45,267 nt of DNA from a virus (lineage: Duplodnaviria; Caudoviricetes), in IMG/VR virus record IMGVR_UViG_3300037424_000947, positions 1-45,267 of that record. One strand, written 5' to 3'. The stretch's first letter is position 1; each line of letters opens with the position of its first letter. Below the pieces are notes generated by a model. It did not search any database. It was given only the letters and a program-made list of their open reading frames with translations, and was not told the origin of the DNA. The translations under genes and the position numbers were made by a program. Positions 34,892 to 43,838 of this stretch are shown in pieces.

Positions 34892-35498
34892 GCCCGGCCT
34901 CCTTCTTCGCGTCGTCGTATTTCTGGATGCCCCACGCCAGCGCGTAGCAGCACCACATAAACCGATGCGTGTATTCGGTGAGGTCGATTTCCTGGAAATC
35001 TTGGAACACGTCCTCGCCGTTGTGCTCGAAGAGGCGGACAGCGCGCCGGGCTTCGTGCTCGCCCTCGTCGGCGCAGGATAGAATTTCATCCTCGACCGCT
35101 TCCCGCAGTTCCGGCGATGCGCCCATGTCGTCGATCCATTCCGTGATGCGCGCGCGGAACTTTTCAGCACGGTATTCCTTGATCCCGTCGTGGCAATCCG
35201 CGCCTTCTACCTTCTCGGCCCAGTAGCCTGGATTGATTCGCAGCTCATGCCCTTTTTGGAATTGGCAGCGGCCGGCGCGAAAAAACTGGAACATATCCTC
35301 AAGCCGCCGGAAAACGTAGGTGCCCATGTCGCCGGTGTAGCAGAGGCACCATGGCCAGGTGATCATGTCGAAGTGCATATCCGACGTGCTGGGCCGCTTA
35401 AACCGGATGTGCCGATAGACGCCGTCATCGCGCAGTATCTGCACCTGGTGCTCGGCCACGTCGCGCAGGAACGACTCTTCGTTGGTGACGTAAGTCAT
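34884..35498 (-). CDS. Conserved-looking phage hypothetical protein
   Basis: RDDGVYRHIRF...ITWP..L..TGDMGTYVF and YWAEK motifs. Confidence 0.65.
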   Translation of the reverse strand: MTYVTNEESFLRDVAEHQVQILRDDGVYRHIRFKRPSTSDMHFDMITWPWCLCYTGDMGTYVFRRLEDMFQFFRAGRCQFQKGHELRINPGYWAEKVEGADCHDGIKEYRAEKFRARITEWIDDMGASPELREAVEDEILSCADEGEHEARRAVRLFEHNGEDVFQDFQEIDLTEYTHRFMWCCYALAWGIQKYDDAKKEAGHG

Positions 35499-35827
35499 GC
35501 GTTGCCCTCCTCCGCTTCTTGTTTGCTCATCGCCGCCTGCGCGAGCTCGGCCAAGCGGCGCTGGCTCGATAGCACGCACGGCTCGCACACGGTGAGCACC
35601 ACGGGCGGCATCAGGGGCTTCGCCATGTCTTCGTCAGGGCCCATGTGATAGGCGAGCGTGGCGTTGCCGTTGAACATCATCGCCCTGCCCTGCTGGCGCT
35701 CGAGGGCGCGCAGATCCACGCCGAAGCGCTCGACGGTGACGCGCCAGAAAAGCGGGATGCCGCTGGCGAGGATCCTATTGCCGCACAGCGCGCAGGTGGC
35801 GTGCTTTCGCAGTTCCATTTCTTTCAT
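35495..35827 (-). CDS. Hypothetical protein with two CxxC motifs
   Basis: CALC and CEPC; 110 aa. Confidence 0.6.
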   Translation of the reverse strand: MKEMELRKHATCALCGNRILASGIPLFWRVTVERFGVDLRALERQQGRAMMFNGNATLAYHMGPDEDMAKPLMPPVVLTVCEPCVLSSQRRLAELAQAAMSKQEAEEGNA

Positions 35828-35837
35828 CTACTTGTCC

Positions 35838-36032
35838 TCACCTCAGTGTGTCGCAGCGGCCGCACTGATCGCGCAGCTTCATGCCCTGAACTAATAACTT
35901 TCTCCCGGGGCCAGCCTTTCGCGATTCCCATTTGTGGTAACCGAGCACGCAAAGAATGCGCTGCCACAAGGGCATGCGTTTCGGGAACCGCGGCATGGTG
36001 TCGTTCAACGACTTGATATCTTGTCCGTCCAT
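35838..36032 (-). CDS. Small hypothetical protein
   Basis: LC..GYHKW...CGRC; AGGAG RBS. Confidence 0.55.
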   Translation of the reverse strand: MDGQDIKSLNDTMPRFPKRMPLWQRILCVLGYHKWESRKAGPGRKLLVQGMKLRDQCGRCDTLR

Positions 36033-36034
36033 CG

Positions 36035-36592
36035 TTATTTCTCCTTATTCTTGTTCTTCTTGCGCGCCGCCGGCTTCAAGTTCACCACCACCACGTTGTC
36101 GACCACCGCGAGCCCGGGGCGATCGCCGAAAGGCAGCTCGGGCTGCGATTCGATGTGGCAGGTGACGTTCTCCTGCAGCTTGCTCACCAGATAGTCGAGC
36201 AGCTCCTGCCTGGGTCCTTCGATGGAGATCTGCGCAGTGAGGTCGAGGCGGTGGCCCGAACGCGGCATGAAGTGGATTTTCTTCATGTCGCCGCGCGCCT
36301 CGTGCTTACCGATGTGCACGATGCGATTCGGCCATTCGCCATCGACCTCGACCTCCTTGATGGCGTATGACTTGAGCGACTCCGGGTCCGCGCCCGGCAC
36401 GGTGGACCAGAACATGCCGGAGAGATCCTCGCCGGGTGAGGCGCCGAGCAGATCGTTTAGGATCATCGCCTGCGTTTCGCCGCTCACTTTGATGTCGATG
36501 GCCAATACGCGGTCATCCTCCTGGCCTTGCTTGCGCAGGTTCATGTGCTTGATCACGGCGTGGCTGCCGATGAATTTGAGATTGAGTGCCAT
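36035..36592 (-). CDS. Hypothetical protein
   Basis: 185 aa, GGAGG RBS. Confidence 0.65.
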   Translation of the reverse strand: MALNLKFIGSHAVIKHMNLRKQGQEDDRVLAIDIKVSGETQAMILNDLLGASPGEDLSGMFWSTVPGADPESLKSYAIKEVEVDGEWPNRIVHIGKHEARGDMKKIHFMPRSGHRLDLTAQISIEGPRQELLDYLVSKLQENVTCHIESQPELPFGDRPGLAVVDNVVVVNLKPAARKKNKNKEK

Positions 36593-36978
36593 TACATCCC
36601 CTCCGGTTGGATCGCTTCTGCCTCGAGGATCTCGAAGCGCCTATCCGGCGACACCGGCAGCATGTCCTGCGCTATGAAGATGAACACGCACGGGGCACGC
36701 ACGCGGAACGGCGCCTTGAGCGGCTGGTGCACGAGCGGCTCCAGCTCGGTGATCAGCGCCTTGGCCCAATCCCAGGCCGCACGGCTGGCCGGCATCTCGT
36801 CCACGATCAGCGCATCCGGCTGGCTCGCGAGCGCGCGGCCAAGGCCGAATGGGTGGCGCAACTCTTGGTACGTGGTTTCAACGTATCGGCCATGCAGCGC
36901 GGCTGCCTTGCGTGCCGCCGTGCTTTTGCCGGTGCCTTGGGCGCCAACGATCACCATCGCTTTGAGTTCGATCGCCAC
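36592..36978 (-). CDS. Small stand-alone P-loop NTPase
   Basis: Walker A GAQGTGKS, Walker B LIVDE and DRRF motif. Confidence 0.65.
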   Translation of the reverse strand: MAIELKAMVIVGAQGTGKSTAARKAAALHGRYVETTYQELRHPFGLGRALASQPDALIVDEMPASRAAWDWAKALITELEPLVHQPLKAPFRVRAPCVFIFIAQDMLPVSPDRRFEILEAEAIQPEGM

Positions 36979-36984
36979 GCTGGC

Positions 36985-37227
36985 TTACCGCTTCGGTGCC
37001 GCGCGATCGCAGCCGGGTGTTTTGCCGTTGTCGAGGGTGATCTCGTCGCCACCGATGGTCTCGAGGCGCTGCTCGTCGAACCACTGCGATTCGCGCATGG
37101 CGCCATCGCTGCCGACCGGGGGCGCCAGCAACACCTGGGCGCAACCGCTGATGTAATGCGCGTGGCCAGTTGCCACACCCGCGAAGCCGGTGACCTTGTC
37201 TTTGTATTTCCTGCCGAATTTAATCAT
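36985..37227 (-). CDS. Hypothetical protein
   Basis: KDKVTGFAG..TG...YISGC...WFDEQRL phage-type motif. Confidence 0.65.
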   Translation of the reverse strand: MIKFGRKYKDKVTGFAGVATGHAHYISGCAQVLLAPPVGSDGAMRESQWFDEQRLETIGGDEITLDNGKTPGCDRAAPKR

Positions 37228-37271
37228 GGGTTTTTGCCTCGTTGGGTTGTTGTGATGTTGTCTCTACGCGT

Positions 37272-37826
37272 TTATTGCTTACCGGAATGCTCGAGGTTCA
37301 GGATGATGCTCTTGGTCGCAATGGGCTGGTCGGAGATATGGAGGATCTGCCCGCCGCTGACGTAGTGCTGGTGATAGCGGCCCGCGGTGTCCCACCAATA
37401 CAAGTACTCCACCGAGCTGCCGTAGGTGCCGTCGTCTTGCAGCACTTCCCCGGTGTACTTCGTATTTCCGCCGATACTTACAGGGATGCCGTTATGACCG
37501 CCGCCAACGTACTGACCATCCGCCGCCGCAACCGTTACAGGCGAAAGCCGCTTGCCGCTGCTCGTCACCTTGCCGCGCACCGTTGAGTACATGACAACCT
37601 GGCCCGAGTAGGCCGAGATCACATAGAGGTGCTTGATCGAGCCGGGCTTGTTGTCGGCGGCGAGTCGATCGCGGACGTTGCGCTGTTCGGTCGTGAGGCC
37701 GTCGGTGCCGGTCTGCACGGCCGCCGTCGCCTTCTTCACGCCGGAGTGCGATGTCGGTTGAGAGGCTGGCACGTCAAAGCACGCGGTAAGAAGCATGGCC
37801 AGGAATACAACAGTCAGCTTTTTCAT
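37272..37826 (-). CDS. Lipoprotein
   Basis: Lipobox LLTAC after the MKKLTVVFLAM signal. Confidence 0.75.
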   Translation of the reverse strand: MKKLTVVFLAMLLTACFDVPASQPTSHSGVKKATAAVQTGTDGLTTEQRNVRDRLAADNKPGSIKHLYVISAYSGQVVMYSTVRGKVTSSGKRLSPVTVAAADGQYVGGGHNGIPVSIGGNTKYTGEVLQDDGTYGSSVEYLYWWDTAGRYHQHYVSGGQILHISDQPIATKSIILNLEHSGKQ

Positions 37827-37829
37827 TGA

Positions 37830-38318
37830 TCAATTCTCCGTGTAGGGTTTGAATTCGCGCGGCAGAGGTTCGCTCGCGCCTTCGGGCAACATGCCCGCAT
37901 TGGTGAAGCGCCAATTGAACTTGGCCATCTGCGCGTTGTACTCGGCAGCCAGGCCGTTGTAGCTGGCCTTCACGCCCGCCACCTCGGAGAGCCACTGGCC
38001 ATACAGCTCTTTGTCGGTGCGATCCCATTTGCCGCGGGGCATGTGATCGAGGAGCGTTAAGCGATGCTCGTACACCCGAATATCGGCGCGCTTTTTGTCG
38101 AGCTGCGCGCCGGCATCCTTGAACCACTCGTATTTCTTGAGCAACGCGGACGCTGAAAACTCCTGCTTGGCCACCTTCGCCGCGTCGGTGAACCAACCCA
38201 TCACCCAGCCGGTCGTGCCGATCAGGATGGACGCGGCCAGGATGAAGCCGAAGACGGCTAGGAACAGTTTTCCGGGTCCGTGCTTCGCTGCGCTTTCGTA
38301 GTGCTGCCAATTTTTCAT
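37830..38318 (-). CDS. Membrane-anchored coiled-coil protein
   Basis: N-terminal TM then helical YNGLAAEYNAQMAKF. Confidence 0.7.
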   Translation of the reverse strand: MKNWQHYESAAKHGPGKLFLAVFGFILAASILIGTTGWVMGWFTDAAKVAKQEFSASALLKKYEWFKDAGAQLDKKRADIRVYEHRLTLLDHMPRGKWDRTDKELYGQWLSEVAGVKASYNGLAAEYNAQMAKFNWRFTNAGMLPEGASEPLPREFKPYTEN

Positions 38319-38352
38319 TGCGTTTTTTTCTCCGATTAGTTGTCGAGCGCTG

Positions 38353-38616
38353 TTACATCCACACCTTGTTGCGTTGCACATCACCCGCGAACGGCACGTG
38401 GTGGAACGCCGGCGCCTGCGTGACCTTGCGCACCTCGTCAATGAGGCGCTGCACATCGGGGTCGATCTTCGGCGCGGCTGCGGGCGGTGGTGGGATCATG
38501 ATGGCGGTCGGCTCCTCGCGTTCGAGCGTCTGCGCCATGGCATAGCCGAGCACGGCCACGAGCGTGAGCGCGGCGGCCTCGGCGACCACCGCCACGATGA
38601 TGTTTTTGTTTTTCAT
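38353..38616 (-). CDS. Small membrane protein
   Basis: MKNKNII, hydrophobic segment and Pro-rich linker; AGGAGG RBS. Confidence 0.55.
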   Translation of the reverse strand: MKNKNIIVAVVAEAAALTLVAVLGYAMAQTLEREEPTAIMIPPPPAAAPKIDPDVQRLIDEVRKVTQAPAFHHVPFAGDVQRNKVWM

Positions 38617-38825
38617 GTGCTCCCTCCTTTGTTGTGGTTGGTCGCTTGGTGGCGCTGCGCTCGCTTCATGCGTCGCTCGCGTTCGCGTTTGCTCTGGTGT
38701 GGCTTTGCCCACGCGACCGAGCGTCGCTCGGTTATAGGCTGCGCGTTCGGTATGGGCACTATTGGCGAGACAGCGCCCGCGGCCAGACCTGCGGCAATGG
38801 CCATAAGCATCGATGCCCTCCTCAC
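38613..38825 (-). CDS. Hypothetical protein
   Basis: 70 aa, coupled to neighbours. Confidence 0.45.
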   Translation of the reverse strand: MRRASMLMAIAAGLAAGAVSPIVPIPNAQPITERRSVAWAKPHQSKRERERRMKRAQRHQATNHNKGGST

Positions 38826-39097
38826 TTCGGGTCTCCCGCGCGCCGCTGCGCCTTCCGTTCCATTGCCTCCGCCTGGCAGGCGGCGATCTTGAGGCGCTCG
38901 GCGAGGCGGCGGGCTTCGTCGGGGCTGAGCGTGATGGCCTCGTGCACCGCGCTGCGGTCATCTTCGATCACCAAGAACATGCGCGGGCCGACGCAGTGGA
39001 TGTGGTGCGGCAAGAAAGAAAACGTGCGCTTGCCCACATGCAGCGGCTCATGCCCGCGTCCGGTCGGCACCTCGACGCCCTCGGCCACGGTGCTCAC
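38822..39097 (-). CDS. Hypothetical protein
   Basis: GTG start overlapping the upstream stop; ITLSPDEARRLAERL. Confidence 0.5.
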   Translation of the reverse strand: MSTVAEGVEVPTGRGHEPLHVGKRTFSFLPHHIHCVGPRMFLVIEDDRSAVHEAITLSPDEARRLAERLKIAACQAEAMERKAQRRAGDPK

Positions 39098-39285
39098 GCC
39101 GCCTCCCGCCGCAGGCGCTCGGCGTGCCCGCGCAGCGTGATCGCGGTGAGCCATTGCCGATGCGCCCGGTCGCTTTGTCGGCGTGCTGCGCGCTTATTGC
39201 GTTGGTGCGCCTTGAGCAGGGCATCGGCCCGGCGGTGGAGCTGCCACACGCGCAGGCGGATGAAGAGATGTCGTAGGGTTTTCAT
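39094..39285 (-). CDS. Hypothetical protein
   Basis: 63 aa, coupled to neighbours. Confidence 0.5.
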   Translation of the reverse strand: MKTLRHLFIRLRVWQLHRRADALLKAHQRNKRAARRQSDRAHRQWLTAITLRGHAERLRREAA

Positions 39286-39530
39286 GCGTGGCTTTCCTCC
39301 TCGGGTTTGCGGGCAGCCGTCGCTGGCGTGGCGCGACGGATAACGTCGTGATCACTCGCCTCGCAGAGACCCGGGTCGTTCGGCCCTTCCAGGCCGCGCC
39401 ACGCGTCGCAGCGGAAGATGTTCTTCGCCGGCGTCGGGCCACGACCGGGTACGCGTTTGACGAACACCAGTACGCGATTGATGCCATCGAAGCGCACCTT
39501 GTCGCCGGGCTTGAGTGAGGTGGGTCTCAT
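39282..39530 (-). CDS. Hypothetical protein
   Basis: 82 aa, AGGAGG RBS. Confidence 0.55.
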   Translation of the reverse strand: MRPTSLKPGDKVRFDGINRVLVFVKRVPGRGPTPAKNIFRCDAWRGLEGPNDPGLCEASDHDVIRRATPATAARKPEEESHA

Positions 39531-39817
39531 GCCGAGTCTCCCTCCTTGATCATGGCTTTCTTGATGGTGCCGATGTCGGCAGCGGCGTTGCGCCGGGCTT
39601 GCCGTTGCCGGCTTGCGCTAATCTCGATCTCGGCGGCCAACGCGTACATCAGCGGTATGCGCTCGGCCTTGCTGAGCGCATACCAATCGAGCAGCGAAGC
39701 GGTATCGGACACCTGCGCGTGTGCGCAGGCGGTCGCCCGCGCGGCCAAGTCGGCGCGTGCCCATAAGTAGGCGCACACGTCGTCGGCGCGGATGGATAGC
39801 GCGAGCACCGGATGCAT
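39527..39817 (-). CDS. Hypothetical protein
   Basis: From MHPVLALS with GAGGGG RBS. Confidence 0.5.
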   Translation of the reverse strand: MHPVLALSIRADDVCAYLWARADLAARATACAHAQVSDTASLLDWYALSKAERIPLMYALAAEIEISASRQRQARRNAAADIGTIKKAMIKEGDSA

Positions 39818-39818
39818 G

Positions 39819-40244
39819 TCAGTGCCCCTCGCCACGGTAGGCGAGCAGCAGCGCGCGGCAGAAGTTGCCGCCGCGCTCGAGCACCCGGCGTGCCCTGGCC
39901 AGCGCGGGCGCGATTTCATCCGGTGCGTGCGTCTTGCGCAGTACGCCCTCGATCGCGCGCAAGTGCGATTGGGTGCGCTGCTCGCGGCGCAGGTAGAAGG
40001 CAAGCAGGCGCTGCGCGTTGGGGTCGTCGGCGGTGCGCAGCACGGCGAAACGCGCCTGCGTGAGGGCCTCAGTGAAGTCGCCGCGATCGCCAACGATGCG
40101 GTTGGCCTCGCTGATGCCGGCCTCAATGGCGGCCACCGGATAACCGTGGAACTCCGTCATCACCGCCTGCGTGACGCGATCACTCAGCGAGACGCGTGCG
40201 TGCCGGCGCGCCTGATACGGGCGAATATCCACGACGGCGCTCAT
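39819..40244 (-). CDS. Hypothetical protein
   Basis: From MSAVVDIRP; ATGA overlap. Confidence 0.55.
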   Translation of the reverse strand: MSAVVDIRPYQARRHARVSLSDRVTQAVMTEFHGYPVAAIEAGISEANRIVGDRGDFTEALTQARFAVLRTADDPNAQRLLAFYLRREQRTQSHLRAIEGVLRKTHAPDEIAPALARARRVLERGGNFCRALLLAYRGEGH

Positions 40245-40507
40245 GCGGCCACCTTTTTCTTTGTCTTGAGGTGATGGCTTATAGATGCGCCACAGAACGG
40301 GCAGAAGAGCACTACTAGTGGCCTTTTCCGGTAATTTCCGCTCCTCATGGCAACCAGGGACCGCGTCGGCTTGCCGGTTTTGATGTTGAAGAAGTGGTAA
40401 GCAACGAGGCCTTTGTGGCTGGTGCTTTCCTCCATGGCGTTCGCCAACAGCGTGCACGCCTGGATGTGGTCGTTCTTCACCGCGCATTTTGTTTTCTTCG
40501 CGCTCAT
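40241..40507 (-). CDS. Hypothetical protein with FCPFCG motif
   Basis: 88 aa; ATGA overlap with ParB. Confidence 0.6.
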   Translation of the reverse strand: MSAKKTKCAVKNDHIQACTLLANAMEESTSHKGLVAYHFFNIKTGKPTRSLVAMRSGNYRKRPLVVLFCPFCGASISHHLKTKKKVAA

Positions 40508-41835
40508 GCGGTCACCGCCTTGCCCGCGCCTTTCTTCTTCGCCACTTTCTTCTCGGTGGGCTTCTTGAGCTCCTCGAGCGCGGCCTTCTCCAGGGCTTTG
40601 AGATCGATGCCGTGGCGGTGCGCGACCTTGGCCAGCGGGTTGTTGTGGTCGTGCAGCGCGGCCTCGATGATGAGCCCGTGTAGCTCGGCGGCGTTCGCGC
40701 CGTCGACGTGTTTATGAAACGCGCTGTGCCAGTTCCCGCCCTTCTTGATGTCCCAACCACGGCGCTCGGCGATCTCGTTCATGTTTTGCCAATCGAATAC
40801 CGCGTTGGCGATCAGGCGCAGATCCTCGAGGCCGGGGTTACCGTTGGCCTGCGCGATGATCGTCTCGGTAGCGCGCACGGCGGCGATCTTCTCGGCGCGC
40901 TGGCGCAGCTTATGCGCCGCAGTCTTCGGGTCTACCTTCGCCTTCGGGCGCGTCGGCTTGTTGCCCGCCTCGTCTTTGCCGCTGGCCTTCGCCTCGGCCT
41001 GCTTCTTGTCGAAGCACGCGCGATCGAGGCAGAAGTGAGCCTCATTGCCATCCTCGCCGGCGATCGTCTTGCGCGAGGGACACTTCTCGCAGCCAGCGAG
41101 ATCGAAGCGCGGCGCGTTGTTGCCGTAGCCCTCGTCGAGATCGGGGTGCACGCGGTCGAAAGCCTCGATCACCAGGTCGGGCATTTCGGCCACGGTCAGC
41201 GGGCCGTTATATTCATTCTGCAGCCACTCCTCGACCTTGATGCGCACGGCGTCGAGCGCCGCCGGCGAATCCTTCGCGGTGAGGATGTGCTTGCCGTGGG
41301 CGGCGGTGAGCTTCCCAGTCTTGATGAGCTCCTGCGCCCACTCGGGCAGCTCCACCAGGCGGATGAGGTTCGATGCATACGAGCGGCTCATGGTGATGCC
41401 GCGCTTGGCGAGCAGCTCGGGGATGTCCTTGACCTGGATGCCGTGCGCCTCGACCAGCTGGCGCAGGAAGCGCGCCCAATCGAGCGGGCCGAGTTTCTCG
41501 GCGTGGTGGTTGTCGGCCACCTGGTCGAGTTTCCAGTTGATGGTGTCCTCGCCCTCCGCGCCGCGCGCCGTGGCGAGGATGCACGGCACGTCTGCCAGGC
41601 CTGCGATCTTCGCCGCGCGCCACCGGCGCTCGCCGTCTTTGATCGTCCAGTCGCTGCGCACGACGATGGGCAGCTCGATATCGCGTTCCTGGATGTCATC
41701 GGCGAGCTCGATCAGCGTGGCCTGATTGAATTCGGTCCGCGGCTGGTGGGGATCCGGTTGCAGCATCTCCACCGGGACGCGGACGATCTGACCTGGCACG
41801 AGCACCGGGGCCTCGAGGGTTTTGGTCTCGGCCAT
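40504..41835 (-). CDS. parB: ParB/Spo0J-family protein with Cys-containing C-terminal extension
   Basis: QPRTEF, DGERRWRA (ParB box II) and HTH SRSYASNLIRL..LP...GKLTAAH; C..CP...CLD..CF. Confidence 0.85.
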   Translation of the reverse strand: MAETKTLEAPVLVPGQIVRVPVEMLQPDPHQPRTEFNQATLIELADDIQERDIELPIVVRSDWTIKDGERRWRAAKIAGLADVPCILATARGAEGEDTINWKLDQVADNHHAEKLGPLDWARFLRQLVEAHGIQVKDIPELLAKRGITMSRSYASNLIRLVELPEWAQELIKTGKLTAAHGKHILTAKDSPAALDAVRIKVEEWLQNEYNGPLTVAEMPDLVIEAFDRVHPDLDEGYGNNAPRFDLAGCEKCPSRKTIAGEDGNEAHFCLDRACFDKKQAEAKASGKDEAGNKPTRPKAKVDPKTAAHKLRQRAEKIAAVRATETIIAQANGNPGLEDLRLIANAVFDWQNMNEIAERRGWDIKKGGNWHSAFHKHVDGANAAELHGLIIEAALHDHNNPLAKVAHRHGIDLKALEKAALEELKKPTEKKVAKKKGAGKAVTA

Positions 41836-42173
41836 TACACGCCCTCCTCGAGAATGGCGCGCTGCATGGCGAGGCCCGCGGCGAAGAAGAAGAGCTCGGC
41901 GGTGTCGGGATCGTCGATGATGTGTTCGGCACAGGTGTATGCGCCGTGGCACCACGACTTGACCTTGAGCCAGCCGTCGTGCAGCTCCTCACGCTCGGCG
42001 CCGCACGCCTCAAACCCGTGCCGCGCCCCCCACCAGCGCACCAGCACCTTCTCGGCCGGGGTGAGTTTGGCGCTCGCCGGGTGGCGATTGCGCGCGCACC
42101 GGCGCGCGTCCTGCGTGGCCGCCCCCCGGGGCGCAAGCGCCGGGGCGGCGTGGGTCGGGGTGGTATGGGGCAT
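41835..42173 (-). CDS. Hypothetical protein, first gene of leftward early operon
   Basis: 112 aa, AGGAG RBS. Confidence 0.55.
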   Translation of the reverse strand: MPHTTPTHAAPALAPRGAATQDARRCARNRHPASAKLTPAEKVLVRWWGARHGFEACGAEREELHDGWLKVKSWCHGAYTCAEHIIDDPDTAELFFFAAGLAMQRAILEEGV

Positions 42174-42189
42174 CGCTCTTCTCCTGTTG

Positions 42190-42203
42190 GTTTCTTGGGA
42201 AAC
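42190..42203. promoter_or_regulatory. parS/NBS-like site 5, GTTTCTTGGGAAAC
   Basis: In the leader of the operon that encodes ParB. Confidence 0.55.
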
Positions 42204-42218
42204 GGGGCTACAGGAAAG

Positions 42219-42259
42219 AGAATACCAAAACGGTAAGATGTGTCAACCCGAAACGGTAA
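42219..42259 (-). promoter_or_regulatory. Leftward early promoter (PL-like) with two repressor operators
   Basis: Minus strand TTGACA-16 bp-TATTCT; operators ATACCAAAACGGTAA (42222) and AACCCGAAACGGTAA (42245). Confidence 0.75.
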
Positions 42260-42321
42260 GATGCGAGGCGTGATTAGACGATGCCAAAAAGGCCAATAAA
42301 TTCATTAGGAAACGGTTTTTA

Positions 42322-42948
42322 TTACAGGAACTCTATCCAGCGCTCTTCGGTGATGATCGACAACGCCTGTCCCAGACGTTTGTTTTCAATAGCTTTTTGA
42401 ATTTTGTGGCCGAAGCTTGAATATAGCCAATCGCGCGAACTAAGTGTGCCAACCACGAGATAATTGAGGTGGCAGGTGATGTTATTCGTTATTCGTCCGC
42501 CACGAGAAATTATGGCGTTCTCGCATTTCTTTCGCGGCCCATATAGAAATTTGCCGGTGAGGCAAAACAGGGAACCGTCGAACGTGACAGCATCAATGAC
42601 ATCAGCCGGCAATTGGGTTGCGAAACCGCCCGCCGCGCCTGTTTCAAAAAAACTGCCGCCGACAATTGCCACAAGTGTGTTTTTAAGATCTTCCGCTTCT
42701 TCTGTTGTGACCACCCGATCTGCAAGAATTCCTGAAACTCTTGCTGCGATCACATCGCCCGGCCAACAGTCCGTGATATCTTCATTGTCCCTTAGCCACA
42801 TTTCAAGGAACAAAATCTCCGCGTTGTTCAACGTGTTGTCTGCGATCAGCCCTTGACATATACCTAACAAGGACTCGATGGCCTTTTCTGTGTTCCGTTG
42901 CCAGTTAAACGAGGGTGAAGGCGCTTGTCCATCGCGATCTTGTGTCAT
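42322..42948 (-). CDS. BRCT-domain protein (low-GC cargo)
   Basis: FCLTGKF.YGPR...RGG...LNYLVVG...W....GHKIQKA..I..EERW is BRCT-like. Confidence 0.75.
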   Translation of the reverse strand: MTQDRDGQAPSPSFNWQRNTEKAIESLLGICQGLIADNTLNNAEILFLEMWLRDNEDITDCWPGDVIAARVSGILADRVVTTEEAEDLKNTLVAIVGGSFFETGAAGGFATQLPADVIDAVTFDGSLFCLTGKFLYGPRKKCENAIISRGGRITNNITCHLNYLVVGTLSSRDWLYSSFGHKIQKAIENKRLGQALSIITEERWIEFL

Positions 42949-43442
42949 TATAAAATAAGCTCCACATCGAGACCGAGACGCGAACAACGACCAGATTTTA
43001 GAAACTCAACAAACTCGGACTGTGTTGAAGAATACATTCCCAATAGACTGACGCTTCGATAAAGCCAAAACGCAATTTCTCCATCGATCTTTTTATCATT
43101 GAATTGATCTGCAGTTGCCGCACGGACTTGGACCGTGAGCCGCTCATCGCGCATATGAATCACATCGAAGGGTTTGAAAGAATATAACGGCGGGTCGCCT
43201 ACAGTTAGCACCCATTCAACGCGTCGTATTTTTTTAATCTCATCATCACTTAGATGGCCCGCCTTTCGTGCCTCTTCTCTGGCGTTGTCAGTGGCGACAC
43301 GATCAATGCGCTCAATATAGGAAATATCGATCGCAACCAAAAAAGCCTCGTATAGCGGAAACACATAATCTTGTAGCGCCGGCGGATCACATTTCCGTCT
43401 GATCGTTCGGCTTTGATTGTTTTGCTCGCGATCCGGTGTCAT
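42948..43442 (-). CDS. Hypothetical protein (low-GC cargo)
   Basis: 164 aa ORF between repressor and BRCT genes; start uncertain. Confidence 0.55.
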   Translation of the reverse strand: MTPDREQNNQSRTIRRKCDPPALQDYVFPLYEAFLVAIDISYIERIDRVATDNAREEARKAGHLSDDEIKKIRRVEWVLTVGDPPLYSFKPFDVIHMRDERLTVQVRAATADQFNDKKIDGEIAFWLYRSVSLLGMYSSTQSEFVEFLKSGRCSRLGLDVELIL

Positions 43443-43818
43443 TTTTTTCAGCGCGATTTATCAGACCTTCGATGATTGCCAGTACGTGGGCACGCATCAC
43501 AGCATCAAGCCGTTTCCAGGCATCCAGCAACGCAACGTTGTCATCTTGGGAGATACGATAAGGCGCTCGCCCTTCATTGATGGCCGCCTCCCTGGCTGCG
43601 CCAATAGGATAGATAGCGTCCATCCTCCCAACCGGCAATTTCAAGGCCGATTCAATGCTCCGGGCGAGATTGCTGCCCATGTTTTTTTTGGTCAATAACT
43701 GATCGATTTGATTCCGATCTCGGCCTATAGCATGTGCGAGTTGGTCACGTCCGCCATATTTATCCACCAGCGCCAGAAGGTTTGCCCGGCGTATCTCAGC
43801 AATTGTTTGAATACCCAT
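43387..43818 (-). CDS. Immunity repressor (CI-like HTH, no peptidase domain seen)
   Basis: IRRANL..L....GG...LAHAIG...QI.QL....NMG..LARSIE..L.LP.G.MD pattern; divergent from the Cro-like gene. Confidence 0.8.
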   Translation of the reverse strand: MGIQTIAEIRRANLLALVDKYGGRDQLAHAIGRDRNQIDQLLTKKNMGSNLARSIESALKLPVGRMDAIYPIGAAREAAINEGRAPYRISQDDNVALLDAWKRLDAVMRAHVLAIIEGLINRAEKNDTGSRAKQSKPNDQTEM

Positions 43819-43838
43819 CAATATTATATGTCAGTTTC

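Noticed and set aside
36592-36978. ParA partner for the ParB protein
   Set aside because: It lacks the deviant Walker A (KGGxGKT) and is too short.
40708-42273. 521-aa plus-strand ORF
   Set aside because: Antisense shadow of parB in GC-rich DNA with no recognisable motifs.
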